Assembly: GCA_964016885.1 (NCBI GenBank)
Contig: OZ024743.1
Span: forward strand, 205,158,001-205,222,000
Source of the DNA: Eledone cirrhosa
Lineage: Eukaryota
Direction: 5' to 3'
DNA: 64,000 nucleotides
Shown here: positions 28,340 through 41,650 of the stretch, in pieces
Layout of the letters: each line of letters begins with the position of its first letter
How positions within the stretch are numbered: the first letter of the stretch is position 1
Position numbers and translations under genes: made by a program
Notes under the pieces: model-generated
Told to the model about the DNA's origin: nothing
Database searches by the model: none
The model's input: only the letters and a program-made list of their open reading frames with translations

Positions 28340-28594
28340 AATAATATCTTCCTTTGACATTAACAAAATAACAGATTCAGAACAGTTTCCACCACCACTG
28401 CTATCATCATCACAACCAGCACCACCATCATCATCATCCTCACCACCACCACCATCATCATCAACTTATGTTCACTTTCCACAATGGTGTGGGTTGTAAT
28501 GGTCTGAGACCAGATGGGTTGGATGTCCTTCCTAAAGCTACCCATTTCAGAGTGTACTGGGTGCATGTTTTTGTGACATCACCACTACCACTTT

Positions 28595-29581
28595 TGATAT
28601 AACACAACTGTTCCCTACTGATGTAACAACTTACTGTCCCCTGTTAATATAACTTACTGTCATCTATTGATATAATACAACTTACTGTCCCCTATTGATA
28701 TAACACAACTTCAGCTGTTCCCTATTGATATAACACAACTTCAGCTGTGCCCTATTGATATAACACAACTTCAGCTGTTCCCTATTGATATAACACAACT
28801 TCAGCTGTGTCCTATTGGTATAACACAACTTCAGCTGTGCCCTATTGATATAACACAACTTCAGCTGTGCCCTATTGATATAACACAACTTCAGCTGTGC
28901 CCTATTGATATAACACAACTTCAGCTGTTCCCTATTGATATAACACAACTTCAGCTGTTCCCTATTGATATAACACAACTTCAGCTGTGCCCTATTGATA
29001 TAACACAACTTCAGCTGTGCCCTATTGATATAACACCACTTACTGTCCCATATTGATATAACACGACTTCAGCTGTGCCCTATTGATATAACACAACTTC
29101 AGCTGTGCCCTATTGATATAACACAACTTCAGCTGTGCCCTATTGATATAACACAACTTCAGCTGTGCCCTATTGATATAACACAACTTCAGCTGTGTCC
29201 TATTGATATAACACAACTTCAGCTGTGCCCTATTGATATAACACAACTTCAGCTGTGCCCTATTGATATAACACAACTTCAGCTGTGCCCTATTGATATA
29301 ACACAACTTCAGCTGTGCCCTATTGATATAACACAACTTCAGCTGTGTCCTATTGATATAACACAACTTCAGCTGTGCCCTATTGATATAACACAACTTC
29401 AGCTGTGCCCTATTGATATAACACAACTTCAGCTGTGCCCTATTGATATAACACAACTTCAGCTGTGTCCTATTGATATAACACAACTTCAGCTGTGCCC
29501 TATTGATATAACACAACTTCAGCTGTGCCCTATTGATATAACACAACTTCAGCTGTGCCCTATTGATATAACACAACTTCA
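28595..29581. repeat. 30-bp minisatellite, about 30 copies (ACTTCAGCTGTGCCCTATTGATATAACACA)
   Basis: Head-to-tail units; degenerate precursors at the left edge. Confidence 0.97.
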
Positions 29582-32500
29582 ATATATATTACAGTCCTTA
29601 GAATAACCCTACAAGATTTGAACTGAAGACTATGCAGCACCAAGCTGAAGCAAGATAACCACCTTTCTACCATTTCTGTGAATTCTCCCATCTTGCATTA
29701 AAAGAAAATTTAAACCAGAAAATGAAAAAGAAAATTAAAAGTAAATTAGCAAAAGCCATAAAAAGATAAGAAAAGAAAGATATTTTATAGTTAAGCTTGA
29801 CCCAAAGCTTAAAAACTGAAGTGAAATATCTTACTTTCTTTTGTACATTCTCCAAACCTATAAAATGAAAAATGTTAAAATAATAACAATAATAGTAATA
29901 ATAATAATAATGATGACGATGGCAATGATAATAATTATATTGATGATGATGATAATTATAGTGATGACAAAAAATGTCCAGTCCACCTAGTAAAGTGGTC
30001 ATTTTAGTGCCATGATAAAAAGCATCCAGTCCACCCTATAAATGTGGTTGGCATTAGGAAATTCATCCAACTGTAAGAACCAAAACAGAAATAGTTCTGT
30101 ATTAGCAAGACATGGTCACCTGACCAGATTTGTCTCACAATGGGACAACCTGTCTAACACATGCTAGCGTAGAAAAATGGACGTTAGATGACGACGATGA
30201 TGATGATGATTTCTTAGATACAAAGCAAGAAAGAACAGAGATTAAAGGTAAAGTCAACTGTCACATGATTTCATTTCAAGACATACAGGGGTACATACTG
30301 TGAGACATTTCTCTCACATCCCAACATTACTTCATTTCTAATAGCAAGTTTTAATTTTGACACAAGGACAACAATTTTTGAGGATGGGAAAGTTGATTAT
30401 ATCGATCGCAGTACTTGACGTCCTATATCACATGAAACCACATTAACGCTTGTATTAAAAATTAAAGATCTGTTCATTAGTAAAGACACAGTAAAGATTT
30501 GAATTAAAACATTTTTCTCAAGTGAGCACTCACTCAATGCTTTGACGTGTCACACTGGCAAGCTGCTGATGGATGCAGACCCCAGTGGGGCATGGCTGCA
30601 TTGAGTCAACAGACACCTGTGTGTAGCTTATTCAGAGACACTCACTCCCTCCAAAAGAAGTTAGCATCTGGGTGGGGGAGGACTGTATTGGGGTTGACAT
30701 TCAATTGTGCAGGTCGAAATGCCTGTTGCAAGCTAGCTCCTCATGACCCTGGGGGTAGGGCTGATTAGGTTTGACATTCAGTTGGGCAGGTCAAGATACC
30801 AGTTGCCAGCTAGCCACCCACCATGTCTGAGGCATGTTGAAATCTGAGTCTTGCAGCTTTGCTGCATGATGAGAGAGGGCAGCGTGACATCAAGTGATGT
30901 TGGCCCAATAGCTGAGAATCCTCAGCCAAGTCATGGAGCAGATGACTTGGGTCTATTGAGGCCTTGGTTATGAATCTATGTGTGTGATGCTCTCTATGAT
31001 GGGGTGCAGGGCCCAAATTCCATCATAAACTTTAGTTTAGGATGTTAAAGTGTTCTATGACACCAATTCCTGTCTACATTACGTCCATAACTTATCTCAC
31101 TATAGTTTTACAGTATGGTGTTACTGTAATATGTTGCAACTGTCTAGTTCATATTTAGTCATGTGGACTACATGAGAGACATTGTCATATATAAGTGACA
31201 TTTTATAACACCAATCACATGTATTCTCCTAATCATCATTATCATTTAATGTCTGTTTTCCATGCTTGCATGGGTTAGACAGGTTAGATTACCATGTCTT
31301 GCACATATGTTGTGTTTTGGGCTTATTTTCTACAACTGGATGCCCTTCCTTACCATCAACCTTTCTACAGGTGTACTGGGAGCATTTTATCATGACACCA
31401 GCACTACCAACTTACAAGGTGGACTAGGTGATTTTTGCCATGGCACCAACACTACCACCTTACAAGACTGGATTAGGAGCATTTTATTGTGACTCCAGCA
31501 CTACCACCTTACAAGACTGCGCTGAGTGCACTTTATTGTGCCACTTGCACACAAGTACTTAAAAAAAAACCAGAAATACCAGTCAGCTGTGACAATCTTT
31601 TTCATTTTTGTTTTCTAATGACACTTGTAACACTTATATCTTCACATCTAGAATGAATGATTTTTAGACACATGTTACCATTGTTAAGCCTTCTTTGTTC
31701 ACATATATGTTGTTCTGCTCTACTGATCACTTCATAATTTTCATAGTTTAACTTTCCCACTTATAAACTGATGAGGTAGCAATATATTTCTTTTATACAA
31801 CTAGATATATGCATGTGTGTGTATATGTGTATGATTGTGTATGTATACATACTCATGTATGTGTGTGTTTTGAAGTTCTGTTGAGGGTTACAATTGTTTG
31901 ACCAATCTTGAACATGTTCAACTGTTTTTTTGGACATGTCATACCTGACCATGACTATTCCAGTTTTCCAGTTGTCTGAACAATGGAACAGCCTACTTAG
32001 AAAATTAACATCCAAGTGGCTGAGCATTTCACAGTCATGTATACCCTTAACATAATTCTCATGAAGATTGAGCCTGACAAAGTGTATGACAAGGCTAGCC
32101 ATTTTATATTATAGGTACAACTTTTTTCCAGCCGAGTAGACTAAGGCAATGTGAAATAAAGTGTCTTGCTCAAGGACATAAATCACCTCAAGGAATTGAC
32201 TTCCCAACTTTATGATCCTGAGCTGAACACACTAACCTCTAAGCCATGAACCTTCATTAACAGAGTATTTTTTTTTTAAATCAGAAACACAGAAAAACTG
32301 AAGGTAACAATTGCAGACACATATAGCAGAGAAAGAAAAAACAAACAAATATTTGTAACAATTTGTGGAACCTGATGGTTAACTGAAGAACACAAAATAC
32401 TGTCATGAATTGAACCCATGACTTTATTAATGTGAGTCAAACACCCTAACCACTAAACAAAGATATACTATGATAAAACAAAATCATTTAACCTTTAACT

Positions 32501-33256
32501 CTACAAAATACTTCAGCAATGCCTCCGTCTCCCTCGCTCTACTCCATCTCTCACTATTATAAGCACATAGGGGCCCACGTGATGGCTACCCTGCGCCCTC
32601 GGCGGACAGAATAGAGAAGGCGTTTCCCCAGAAGATGGTGAAGGAGACACTTTGGAAGAGCCATTCCAGCTTGCAAGGTTCACATCTGCGGGTAGCCAAC
32701 ACCGTGCCGATGGTTGTGAGTAGGGAGGTGGTCCTAGGGCCAAAAGAAGTCTCCACAGCTATAATAAATCTGTTCCTCTGATTTGGGAGATTTTATGAGG
32801 CTGTGCCTCATTCTGGTTTCATGAAACAGATAAGAAACAATTTTGCAGCCTTGGATAAGACACCAGTCTACTGTAATGTATACTCTATCCCTTTCACTAT
32901 ATTATGAAAAAAAGCAATGTATCGGATCTATCTCTTATTTAAACACACTATATGTAATGATAGCTGGTTGAGGGCTCCACATATCAAAAGGCCAACTCTT
33001 ATTTAAACATCTATATGTTACAAAAGTAACAAGTGTGCTGGTAATACATTTTAAAACTATTCATACTTATTTTACAGTTTTAACCATAGTATATTGTCAA
33101 TTAGGCATTTACTTTATTGGCGTTTATCCAATATTGCTGTATCAGGTATACACCACACATACACACATAGAGACAAATTAACCAGGATTATATAAAGAGT
33201 GGTGTGTTCATATGTGGAGATGCTATAACATAGCTTATAAAATAGGAGGAAGACCC

Positions 33257-33494
33257 TTAACCCTTTCATGACCATATTTCTAATGAAATACTCTTTTTTA
33301 ATTAATTAATGAAGAATTTTGAGGGATTTACTAAAATTATTAATTATTTCACTACTAAGATAGTAACTTACTGCAAGGTTCTTATATAAAATTATGTCGG
33401 AAGATTTGTATTTAAATTGGAAACCTTTAAAATGAGTAACTTTATTTCATAGAACCAGAGTCAGTTTTAGCCTGGTTGGTAACTAAAGGGTTAA
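33257..33494. mobile_element. TTAA-flanked MITE family 2 copy (inverted relative to 22551-22792)
   Basis: TTAACCCTTT...AAAGGGTTAA; interior is the reverse complement of 22551-22792. Confidence 0.78.
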
Positions 33495-33736
33495 TCAATC
33501 TTACATATCCCTAATTTAATAGCTGATTCCCAGCCTCTATGGGTTTTCTAGGTTATCAGGGCCGGTTTTGGCCAAGTTAGTTACTAAAGGGTTAAAGATA
33601 GAAAAAGAAGTTACCATTGGCCGCCACTACAAGGATCAGAACTTCATATCTCCCACAGTGCATTACTTACAGTTTTAAACTAAATAATTCTTCCTTACAC
33701 AACTCTAGCCAACATCTGCTATAGTATACTATTAGT

Positions 33737-33966
33737 TTAACCCCTTAGCATTTAAACTGGCCATATCTGGTCAGAATTCTCTTACCTCTTTCTGTTCAAA
33801 CCGGCCATAACCGGGTACACGTAGTGATGTTAAGGTATTGTTCTCAAAATAAATAATATCAAAATCTCATAGATTCGATATTATGTGCTCTATATATACT
33901 ATTGTATTGCCTTTACCGCGAAAATACAATAGTATATATAGAGTAAGGTAAATGCTAAAGGGTTAA
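33737..33966. mobile_element. TTAA-flanked MITE family 1 copy
   Basis: TTAACCCCTTAGCATTTA...TAAATGCTAAAGGGTTAA; interior similar to 10818-11033. Confidence 0.82.
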
Positions 33967-34007
33967 GGTATGACATTTGTTCTATACAACATTGCTGTTT
34001 AGTCACA

Positions 34008-34270
34008 TCATCATCACCATTTAACGTACATTTTCCACAATAGCATGGGTTGGATGAGTTGTCCCATTGTGAGACAAGTTAGGTCAGGTGACCATGTCTT
34101 GCTCATACAGAACTGATTTTGGCTTGGTTTCTACGGCTGGATGCCCTTCCTAATGCCAACCACATTTACAGTGTGGACTGGGTGCGCTTTGTCATGACAC
34201 CTACATGAACACTTTACAATGAGTACTGAGTGCTCTTTGTCATGATACCTACACAACTACTTTACAGTGT
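34008..34270 (-). mobile_element. Non-autonomous RTE-tailed element with tandem ~42-bp modules (representative of more than 15 copies)
   Basis: Modules (..CAGTCCACACTGTAAAGTGGT..GGTGTCACGACAAAA), GTGGTTGGCATTAGGAAGGGCATCCAGCCGTAGAAA block, and RTE-like tail plus (GAT)n. Other copies near 21880, 24190, 25790, 29970, 31230, 38378, 39450, 42100, 42540, 43280, 54133. Confidence 0.8.
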
Positions 34271-36761
34271 ATGCTGAAGGTTTCACTGGATCTATGCTTC
34301 AGCCTGTCCTTATGGGAGATGTATGGGAGGGTGGGGTGGTGCATACTATATATATGCTTCAGTTTTGGCCTATGCTGAAACTTCCAAACTCACCATACCA
34401 CATAACAATAGCTATTTCCTCAATATTATTGTCTAATCTTCTACAATTTAGAAACTGTATATATTTTGTTTTGTGTAACAAGTAAAAACAAAAACAAAAC
34501 ATTATTAAAGGGAACAAAAAAGAAAGGAAAAGAAGAAAAAGAAAATACGAATCAAGCAACGAAAGAAACTGGGAGAGACAGACACTACACCCAAGCTTGA
34601 GCGGTACCTCAGCCCTGCCCTGTGGACAAAGTGGTAAATGTGTTACCGTGGAGAATGGCCAGAGACATATGCTGCAACAGCCACCCCACCTCATGGGATT
34701 CCCTCCTCAAGCGGCCTGCTGTCTTTCCAATTTTACGGTCTAAATATTTTGATATACTAGATTTTTCACAACTTAAGTCATGTGAGTAAATATTAAAACA
34801 ACACCAAAATAAAAGGAAAACGTTTGATACTAGGCTTCTTCAAAATAATAGTTTCTGATTTAGGCACAAGGCCAACAATTTTGGGAGAGAGAAAAGTTGA
34901 TTAAATCGACTCCAGTCCATTACTGGTACTTTATTTTATCGACCCCGTAAGGATGAAAGGTAAAGCTAACCTCAACAGGATTTAAACTCAGATCGCAAAG
35001 GGCCTTAACTCTATGCCATAAAGCATGTCCGATGCTCTACCGATTACTGCCAATCCACCTTCAAAATATTAGACTAAATTTGTTTCTAAAAATCTTGTCC
35101 TTCACTAAAGTTTATCCTAGTGGTAGGGAGCTGCAGTCGAGGTAGAGTGATGATGATGCTTCTTCAAAATATTACTAGGCTTAATTTGTTCTTAAAAATC
35201 TTGTCTCTAAAGTTTATTCACATAGTGAAAGCATAAAGTTATTAGTCAGTAGTTATAAAATTTGTCAAATATTTTTTATAGAATTATATCATGCTTCACT
35301 GAACAGCACAAATAATATTTCATGCTTCACTGAACAGCAAAAATAAAATTTCATCAAGTTTTTCAGACTTAGATTAATCAGCTATGTCTCAATAGTCTAA
35401 TAAATGGCTAATTTTAGTTGTGGAATTATCTAAATACCACAGGCGTCATTGAAATAGTTAAAATATTCTTCAGATGTGGTAATATAAATATTAAATAATT
35501 TTCATTTTGTTTGAATAATTGTCTTAATGATAATGATGACATTTTGGAAGAAACTGTTGAATTTATCATGTCATCATTATCATTTGAAGAATATTTTCAT
35601 GACTTTCTAAAAATAATCTTGCCATATAAAGGGTTATTATTGTTGAGCTACTGATTTTTAGATTGCCATCTTTTATAATTTAGTAATGGTATACCAGTGA
35701 TCATACATAAGCACCCAGTTCACACTGTAAAGTGGTCATATAGGTGACACGACAAAAAGCACCCAGTTCATACTGTAAAGTGGTGTATAAGTGCCACGGC
35801 AAAAAGCAATCTGTAAAGTGGTCATATAAGTGTCACGACAAAAATCACCCAGTCCACACTGTAATGTGTGAGGTCTACAAAGTACAACCTATGTCACAGT
35901 TCCCACAGATGTCATCACAAACAACTGTTGCTATGACTAAGGTCTACAAAGTACAAATGACAGCCTCTGTCATAGTTCCTACAGATGAAAGATTAAAATT
36001 CAACTTATGACTTATAAGCAGAATTAATGTATGTGCCTGTGTAGTTGTGAACAAACACACCCCTAAATGTACACATATGTATGTCATTATTAGTTTATAA
36101 ACACACACATGAAATCAATAGAGTTGCTCAGTCATTGATATATATATATATATATACCTTTGATCATGGAAAGTAAAATAATCAATATTTACTGCAGTAA
36201 TGCATGGGACATACTCTCCCCATCCCCCCTCTCTCTTCTCATACATGACACAATCACATGAGCCAATGATAGAGATTTTATGTGATCATTCAACCTGCTA
36301 GAAATAGTAGAAAAAAAAATCACCCTGACCTGCAGCTAAACAACCACAACACACCCAGTTGTATCATCTCTTCAACCATTTGGTCACTGCTGCCCTGCAT
36401 ATAGTCTAATAAAATTCAAGCAGTAACCTTTCTTCTCATTAACGTTTCTGTAACTGTATTTCAATTAATGAAGAATTTTGAGAGATCTATAAAAACTTAT
36501 TAATTATTTCATTACTAAGACAGTAAATTAACATATGGTTCTTATATAAAATTATGTTGGAAGATTCTAATTTAAATAGGAACTATTTAAAATGGATGCT
36601 TTTGTTTCATCGGACAAGAGCTGGTTTTGGAGAGGCCTTATTAAGCTTCTGTTTTATTAATGTCTCATCATCATCACTGTTTTACGTCCATTTTTCCACG
36701 CCAGCATGGGTTAGACAATGTCTGCCTATTATAAACACTTTCTTCCAGCACAAAGACATCC

Positions 36762-37410
36762 ATAAATATATGCCTGCTATCAGGAGCTCATCTGGGGTTC
36801 TCTTTGAAACGAGGTGTATTCTTGTGAAGTGGAGAGAATATTTAGCTGATCTCCTAAGTTCAGTTACAACATCTGATGAACACGAGGTGCATTTAGTGGT
36901 GGTGACTAACGTCTTGGAGGCTGAAGTCACCAGAGCTATTACATAGCTCAAATGTGGCAAGGCCTCTGGGGAGGTGAAATTTGGCCTAAGATGTTAAAAG
37001 CCTTAAATACTGAAAGTATTCTCTGGCTGACTCATGTGTTAACTTCTTTTGTAAAGTCTATAGTAAGTGTCTGGCAAAGGAATGTAAGGATATTGTTGAG
37101 TCCAAGATAGCTGGTGAATGGTGTGGTTCTCACCCCAGAAGCAGCACGACTGACCAAATATTCGCACTGCAGCAGGTTTTCGAGAGAGCAGTGTATGCTT
37201 GTTTTGTAGACTTCAAAAAAGGCATACAACTGTGTTCCACAAGACTTGTCAAAGGTTCTGCAGGAGTATGGGATTGATGTACAGCTTCTTGTTGCCCTGA
37301 AGTCCCTATAAGAGTATCCCTAGTATTTATGTTGTAATAAATGGTGTTCAGTGAATACCATTCAATGAGGGCGTCAGACTCTACCTGTTCATAATCTTCA
37401 TGAACAGGAT
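36762..37410 (+). mobile_element. Old degraded RTE-clade RT fragment (distinct family)
   Basis: Remnants KWREYLADLL..EAEVTRAIT*LKCGKASG..MLKALN..STTDQIFALQQVFE..VYACFVDFKK..LQEYGID..LFIIFMNRI with stops and frameshifts. Confidence 0.8.
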
Positions 37411-38306
37411 AGGTCTGTGGAATAATGTTCCTTGATAGAGTGTGTAGATCAGGGAGTCACACCAGGGGGGGGGGGGGGGGGGGCTGCTATTATAAAGAAC
37501 ATTGGAGATACCTCATTTTGCTCATATGTTCCATATTTGGTCATTATTGTTAACCCTTTTAATACCAAACTACTTGAAATTGCTCCTGGTTCTATGATAT
37601 AAAACGTTTTGTATTAAAGTGTTTATATTTATATAAAGCCCTTCTATAATCCTTTTATGTAAGAACCTTTTTAAAATTAGTTATATTACTGAATCCTTCC
37701 AAATTCTAGATTATTTTCAAAATCATTAGACCTTAGTATCTTTCATGAGAAATATTTTAATGAAAAAGTTAAGTGGACCCTCTTTGGGATTGAACAGGCC
37801 CTTACCTAAGGCCCGGTCCCTGCGCGAAGGACAATGTGGTATGGAAGCTTTTATCACATCTGACCATACTGCAATTTTGGTGGTCTTATTCGCGCCAGTC
37901 ACCAATTTGGTGATTTTCTCAGACCTGCGAAGACTAGGCTTTTTAAGAGGCAGCTATTACCAACCTCATCGTGGTACACATTACACCACCATTAACACAA
38001 TATGACCTCAGAAAAAGCAGTTAAACAGCCTTTAAGCTTATAAAGATAATACATAGTTTGAAAAGTAGTGTATGCCTAAATTAATGTTATTTTGTGTAAA
38101 GATTTAATTTTAACTTACAGAGTACGTAACGTGTTAAAGGAAATAAATAATCCTGGTAATTCTGTACAAAAATATTCTTTCAAACACAGTGTCATGTCCA
38201 TAGTCTTTGTAATGAGATAAACAGTACATTTTCTTTAAATTTTACTTAGGTTTCACTGATAGGAAATAATACAAAGGCATTCTAACCAGGTCAATCTAGT
38301 TAATGT

Positions 38307-38374
38307 ATATATATTAAATGATTTAGATTTTATATAAGGTAACTTATATAAAATCTAAATCATTTAATATATAT
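38307..38374. repeat. Perfect AT-rich palindrome, 32-bp arms, 4-nt loop
   Basis: ATATATATTAAATGATTTAGATTTTATATAAG-GTAA-CTTATATAAAATCTAAATCATTTAATATATAT. Confidence 0.95.
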
Positions 38375-38576
38375 CTATCATCATCACCATTTAATGTTCA
38401 TTTTTTATGCTTGTCTTGGTTAGATGTGTTGTCATATTATAAGACAAATCAGGTCAGGTGACAATGACATGCTCATACTGAACTGTTTCTAATTAGGTTT
38501 CTATGGTTGGATGCCCTTCCCAATTCCCAGCACATTATAGTGGGAGGTACTTTTTATCATGGCATTTATATATATA

Positions 38577-39090
38577 CTAGCTGAGGTACCCGGTAATACT
38601 CGGGAACGGGGGTATTCCCAGTTCCCATTAAAATGCCCAATGCCTCCCAGACCAAAAATGAAATCTAAATATAGGACAGATAATGAAAAGCGAAGACAAA
38701 TTCATTTACGAAACAATAATACAAACAAATAGTGTTGATTGTATTGGTCAGGTGAAAAAATGTTTGTCAGAGAAGTTGAGTGTTGCTATAAGGAAAAAAA
38801 TAGAACCCCCATTAGGGTGTCTTAATATTATTGAAATTTGCTGAAATTTTGTAAATAGGCATCATATCTTGTCATTTACCTATGGTTTAAATTTCATATA
38901 AATCGAAGGGAAAAAATTTAGTGGGGCTTTGAACCTTTGATTAAAATGAAATATATGTAAGAAATCAAATGGGCATGAGCCCCACACACATGTCAAGTTT
39001 CTTCAAGATCAGTTTGGTAGTTTTTGAGTTTTGGGTTCACAAACAAACAAACAAACAGACAGAAATTGCCATTTATGTGTATATATATAT
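38577..39090 (-). mobile_element. Non-autonomous Helitron (3' end at 38577)
   Basis: Minus strand ends CCCGAGTATTACCGGG hairpin..AGCTAG|T. 5' end has a TCTGTCTGTTTGTTTG microsatellite merging into (TA)n. Confidence 0.7.
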
Positions 39091-39103
39091 ATATATTTCG
39101 ATT

Positions 39104-39424
39104 GCAAGGCCAAAGTGGTTAGAGCATTGGCCTTGCAATCAAAAGGTTGTGAGTTCAATTCTCAGACCGGGTGATGTGTTGTTTCCTTGAGCAAGACACT
39201 TTATTTCACATTGCTCCAGTTTACTCAGCTGTAGAAATGAGATGATAGGGGCTGGGATCCCTATCATTCCACTGCAAAGTGGTCGTGGAGGTGCCACGGC
39301 AAAAAAGCACTCAGCACTCACTGTAAATGAGGTTGGTGTTAGGAAGGGCATCCAGCTGTAGAAATCAAGCCAGAATCAGTTCCCGTCCGATCCTTGCAAG
39401 CAGGGAAAAAGCGGACGTAAAATG
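39104..39424 (+). mobile_element. tRNA/CORE-like SINE with RTE family-B 3' tail
   Basis: Same head as 7802-7940, but continues into a module, GGAAGGGCATCC and CTTGCAAGCAGGGAAAAAGCGGACGTAAAATGA. Second copy at 53393-53709(-). Confidence 0.85.
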
Positions 39425-39715
39425 AAAAAATATTATATATATATATATCATCATTATCATCATTTAGCGTCTATTTTTCCATGCTTGCATAGGCTAGATA
39501 GGTTGTCACATAATGAGAAAAGTCAAGTTTGGAGACCACGTCATGCTCATACAGGTCTGTATTTGTGGCTTGCTTTCTATGGCTGGATGTCCTTCCTCAT
39601 ACTAACCATGTATACAGTGTGGGTGGGGTACATTTTATCGTGACACTAAAACAACCAATTAATAGGATGAATTGGGTGGTTTTTGTCGTGTCACCTACAC
39701 AACGTTATATATATA

Positions 39716-40569
39716 TCTATATATATATAAAACGGAGGATGTCTGCCTGTGTGTGTGTGTGAGGTTGAATCCTTAAAACTAGAGAAGCACCCAACCGACT
39801 GTTTTCAAACTTTACACATGTAATACATGTGTTTCAGGGAGTGTTCTGAGCAAAAGAAATTTCAAATTTTCAATGCCCTAGGGACCGCATTAGGCGATTT
39901 AGCGATCTCTCTCTATAATTCTTAGTCTTTCTCTTTTTAGATAGATACATACATATAACGTTGCGCCCTTATAATATCTGTCTGTATGTTTACATTACGT
40001 CACTTCCCTGAGGATGTCTGTCTGTGAGTTTGAATCCCTAAAACTCGGAAGTACCCAACCGACTTTTTTCAAACTTTACATGTGTATTACTTATGTTTCA
40101 GGGAGTGTTATGCACATAAAAAAATTCAACTTTTTGATACTCTGCATTAGGTGAAAAACTGCGTTTTTTCAGGTTTTTAGGGTTTTTTTGAGGCATTACG
40201 TCAGACCAATTTCCTTGAAATTGTAACTATGTATTAGTCAGACTCTTCTTCATACCACGAGCAAAAAAAATCCAACTTTTTTATGGCATTAGGTGAATAA
40301 ATTCATTTTTTCAGCTTTTTAGGGCTTTTTTGAGGCGTTACGTCTAGCCGATTTTCCCGAAATTTCAAGGCATATTATGGACATACAAAAAATTCATTTT
40401 CTTGAACCTGCATTTTTCCTGCTTCATCTTAAAGATTATCCAGCCATCAGAGTATTTGGTTTATTTTCTTTACATATTGTCCAGGCATGCAGTTTTTCCA
40501 CGATTAGGTCTGTTGGCGGCCCGCGTTCCAAAATACCTTATCCCGTGCAACGCCGGGTACCACTGCTAG
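39716..40569 (+). mobile_element. Non-autonomous Helitron, complete termini
   Basis: A|TCTATATATATAAAA...CCCGTGCAACGCCGGG hairpin..CTGCTAG|T: canonical TC..CTAG ends at an AT target with no TSD. Internal subrepeats at 39736 and 40010. Confidence 0.85.
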
Positions 40570-41472
40570 TATATATATAAAATGTATGTTGTTTAAGGAA
40601 TATATTGGTTTCCATTTCAACTCCCACTCTTCCTTCATCACCTCTGCTCTCTTCAAACCCATGCTGTCTTACACTCTTACCTTCACTTTACCTCCTCTCA
40701 CCCCACCCACTCCACACCTACCCCGAATTCTTTGTCTCTGTCACATGTGTAGCTACGATTTTGTGACTCAGAGACAATACACTTTTCACTCGGCTTCGAT
40801 ACCTACCGTCACTACTCTGAATTGATACTAGGGACCTAATGATCGAAAACTGAACTTCTTAACCATGCTGCCATGCTGGCCATGCTGCGTCGGTTCACCC
40901 CCCACTCACTAATATGACACCTGATGACAATTGGAGATCAAAATGATTGGAGACACAGAGTAGAAGGATATAAATATATAATGTAAATATACATTGTAAA
41001 GATGAGGTTATTAGCTCAGAAAATTATAGTTTTTTTTTTTTATTGATAACAAAGCAAGGAAAACAGGCATAAAAACAATGATGATAATGACATCTTATCT
41101 TAGAAATTTAGACATTTAATTTATCCTTTTTCTTTCACATTTTCTTTTGTTTTAGATTAAATCAATATCAACAACATTGTGTTGTAAGTCCACAGTACAA
41201 AAACCACTTCACACACAACCACACACAACACACATGAAGGACTCATTCTATTAAGTTAACATAATTAATTATTAATTGTTTCTACTTTTGGCACAAGGCC
41301 AGCAATTACCCAGTGCATTACTGGTACTTTATTTTATCGACCCCGTAAGGATGAAAGGCAAAGTTAACCTCAGCGGGATTTGAACTCAGATCATAAAGGG
41401 AGGTAACTATACTTCAAAGCATGGCGTCCGACCCTCTACCGATACTTAATTATTAATATTATCTAAATGCAT

Positions 41473-41650
41473 GGTGAATTGGCAGTATCAGTAGAGGGTC
41501 AGACATGCTTTCCAGCATAGTTATGTCCCTTTACGATCTGAGTTCAAATCTCGCCGAGGTTAACTTTGCCTTTCATCCTTACGGGGTCGATAAAATAAAG
41601 TACCAGTAATGTACTGGGTAATTGCTGGCCTTGTGCCAAAAGTAGAAACA
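41473..41650 (+). mobile_element. Meta-like SINE, full length, 15-bp TSD
   Basis: TSD ATTATCTAAATGCAT at 41458-41472 and 41651-41665. Confidence 0.9.

Noticed and set aside
28682-29582. LKLCYINRAQ repeat ORFs
   Set aside because: Open only because the unit is 30 bp; no splice or start context.
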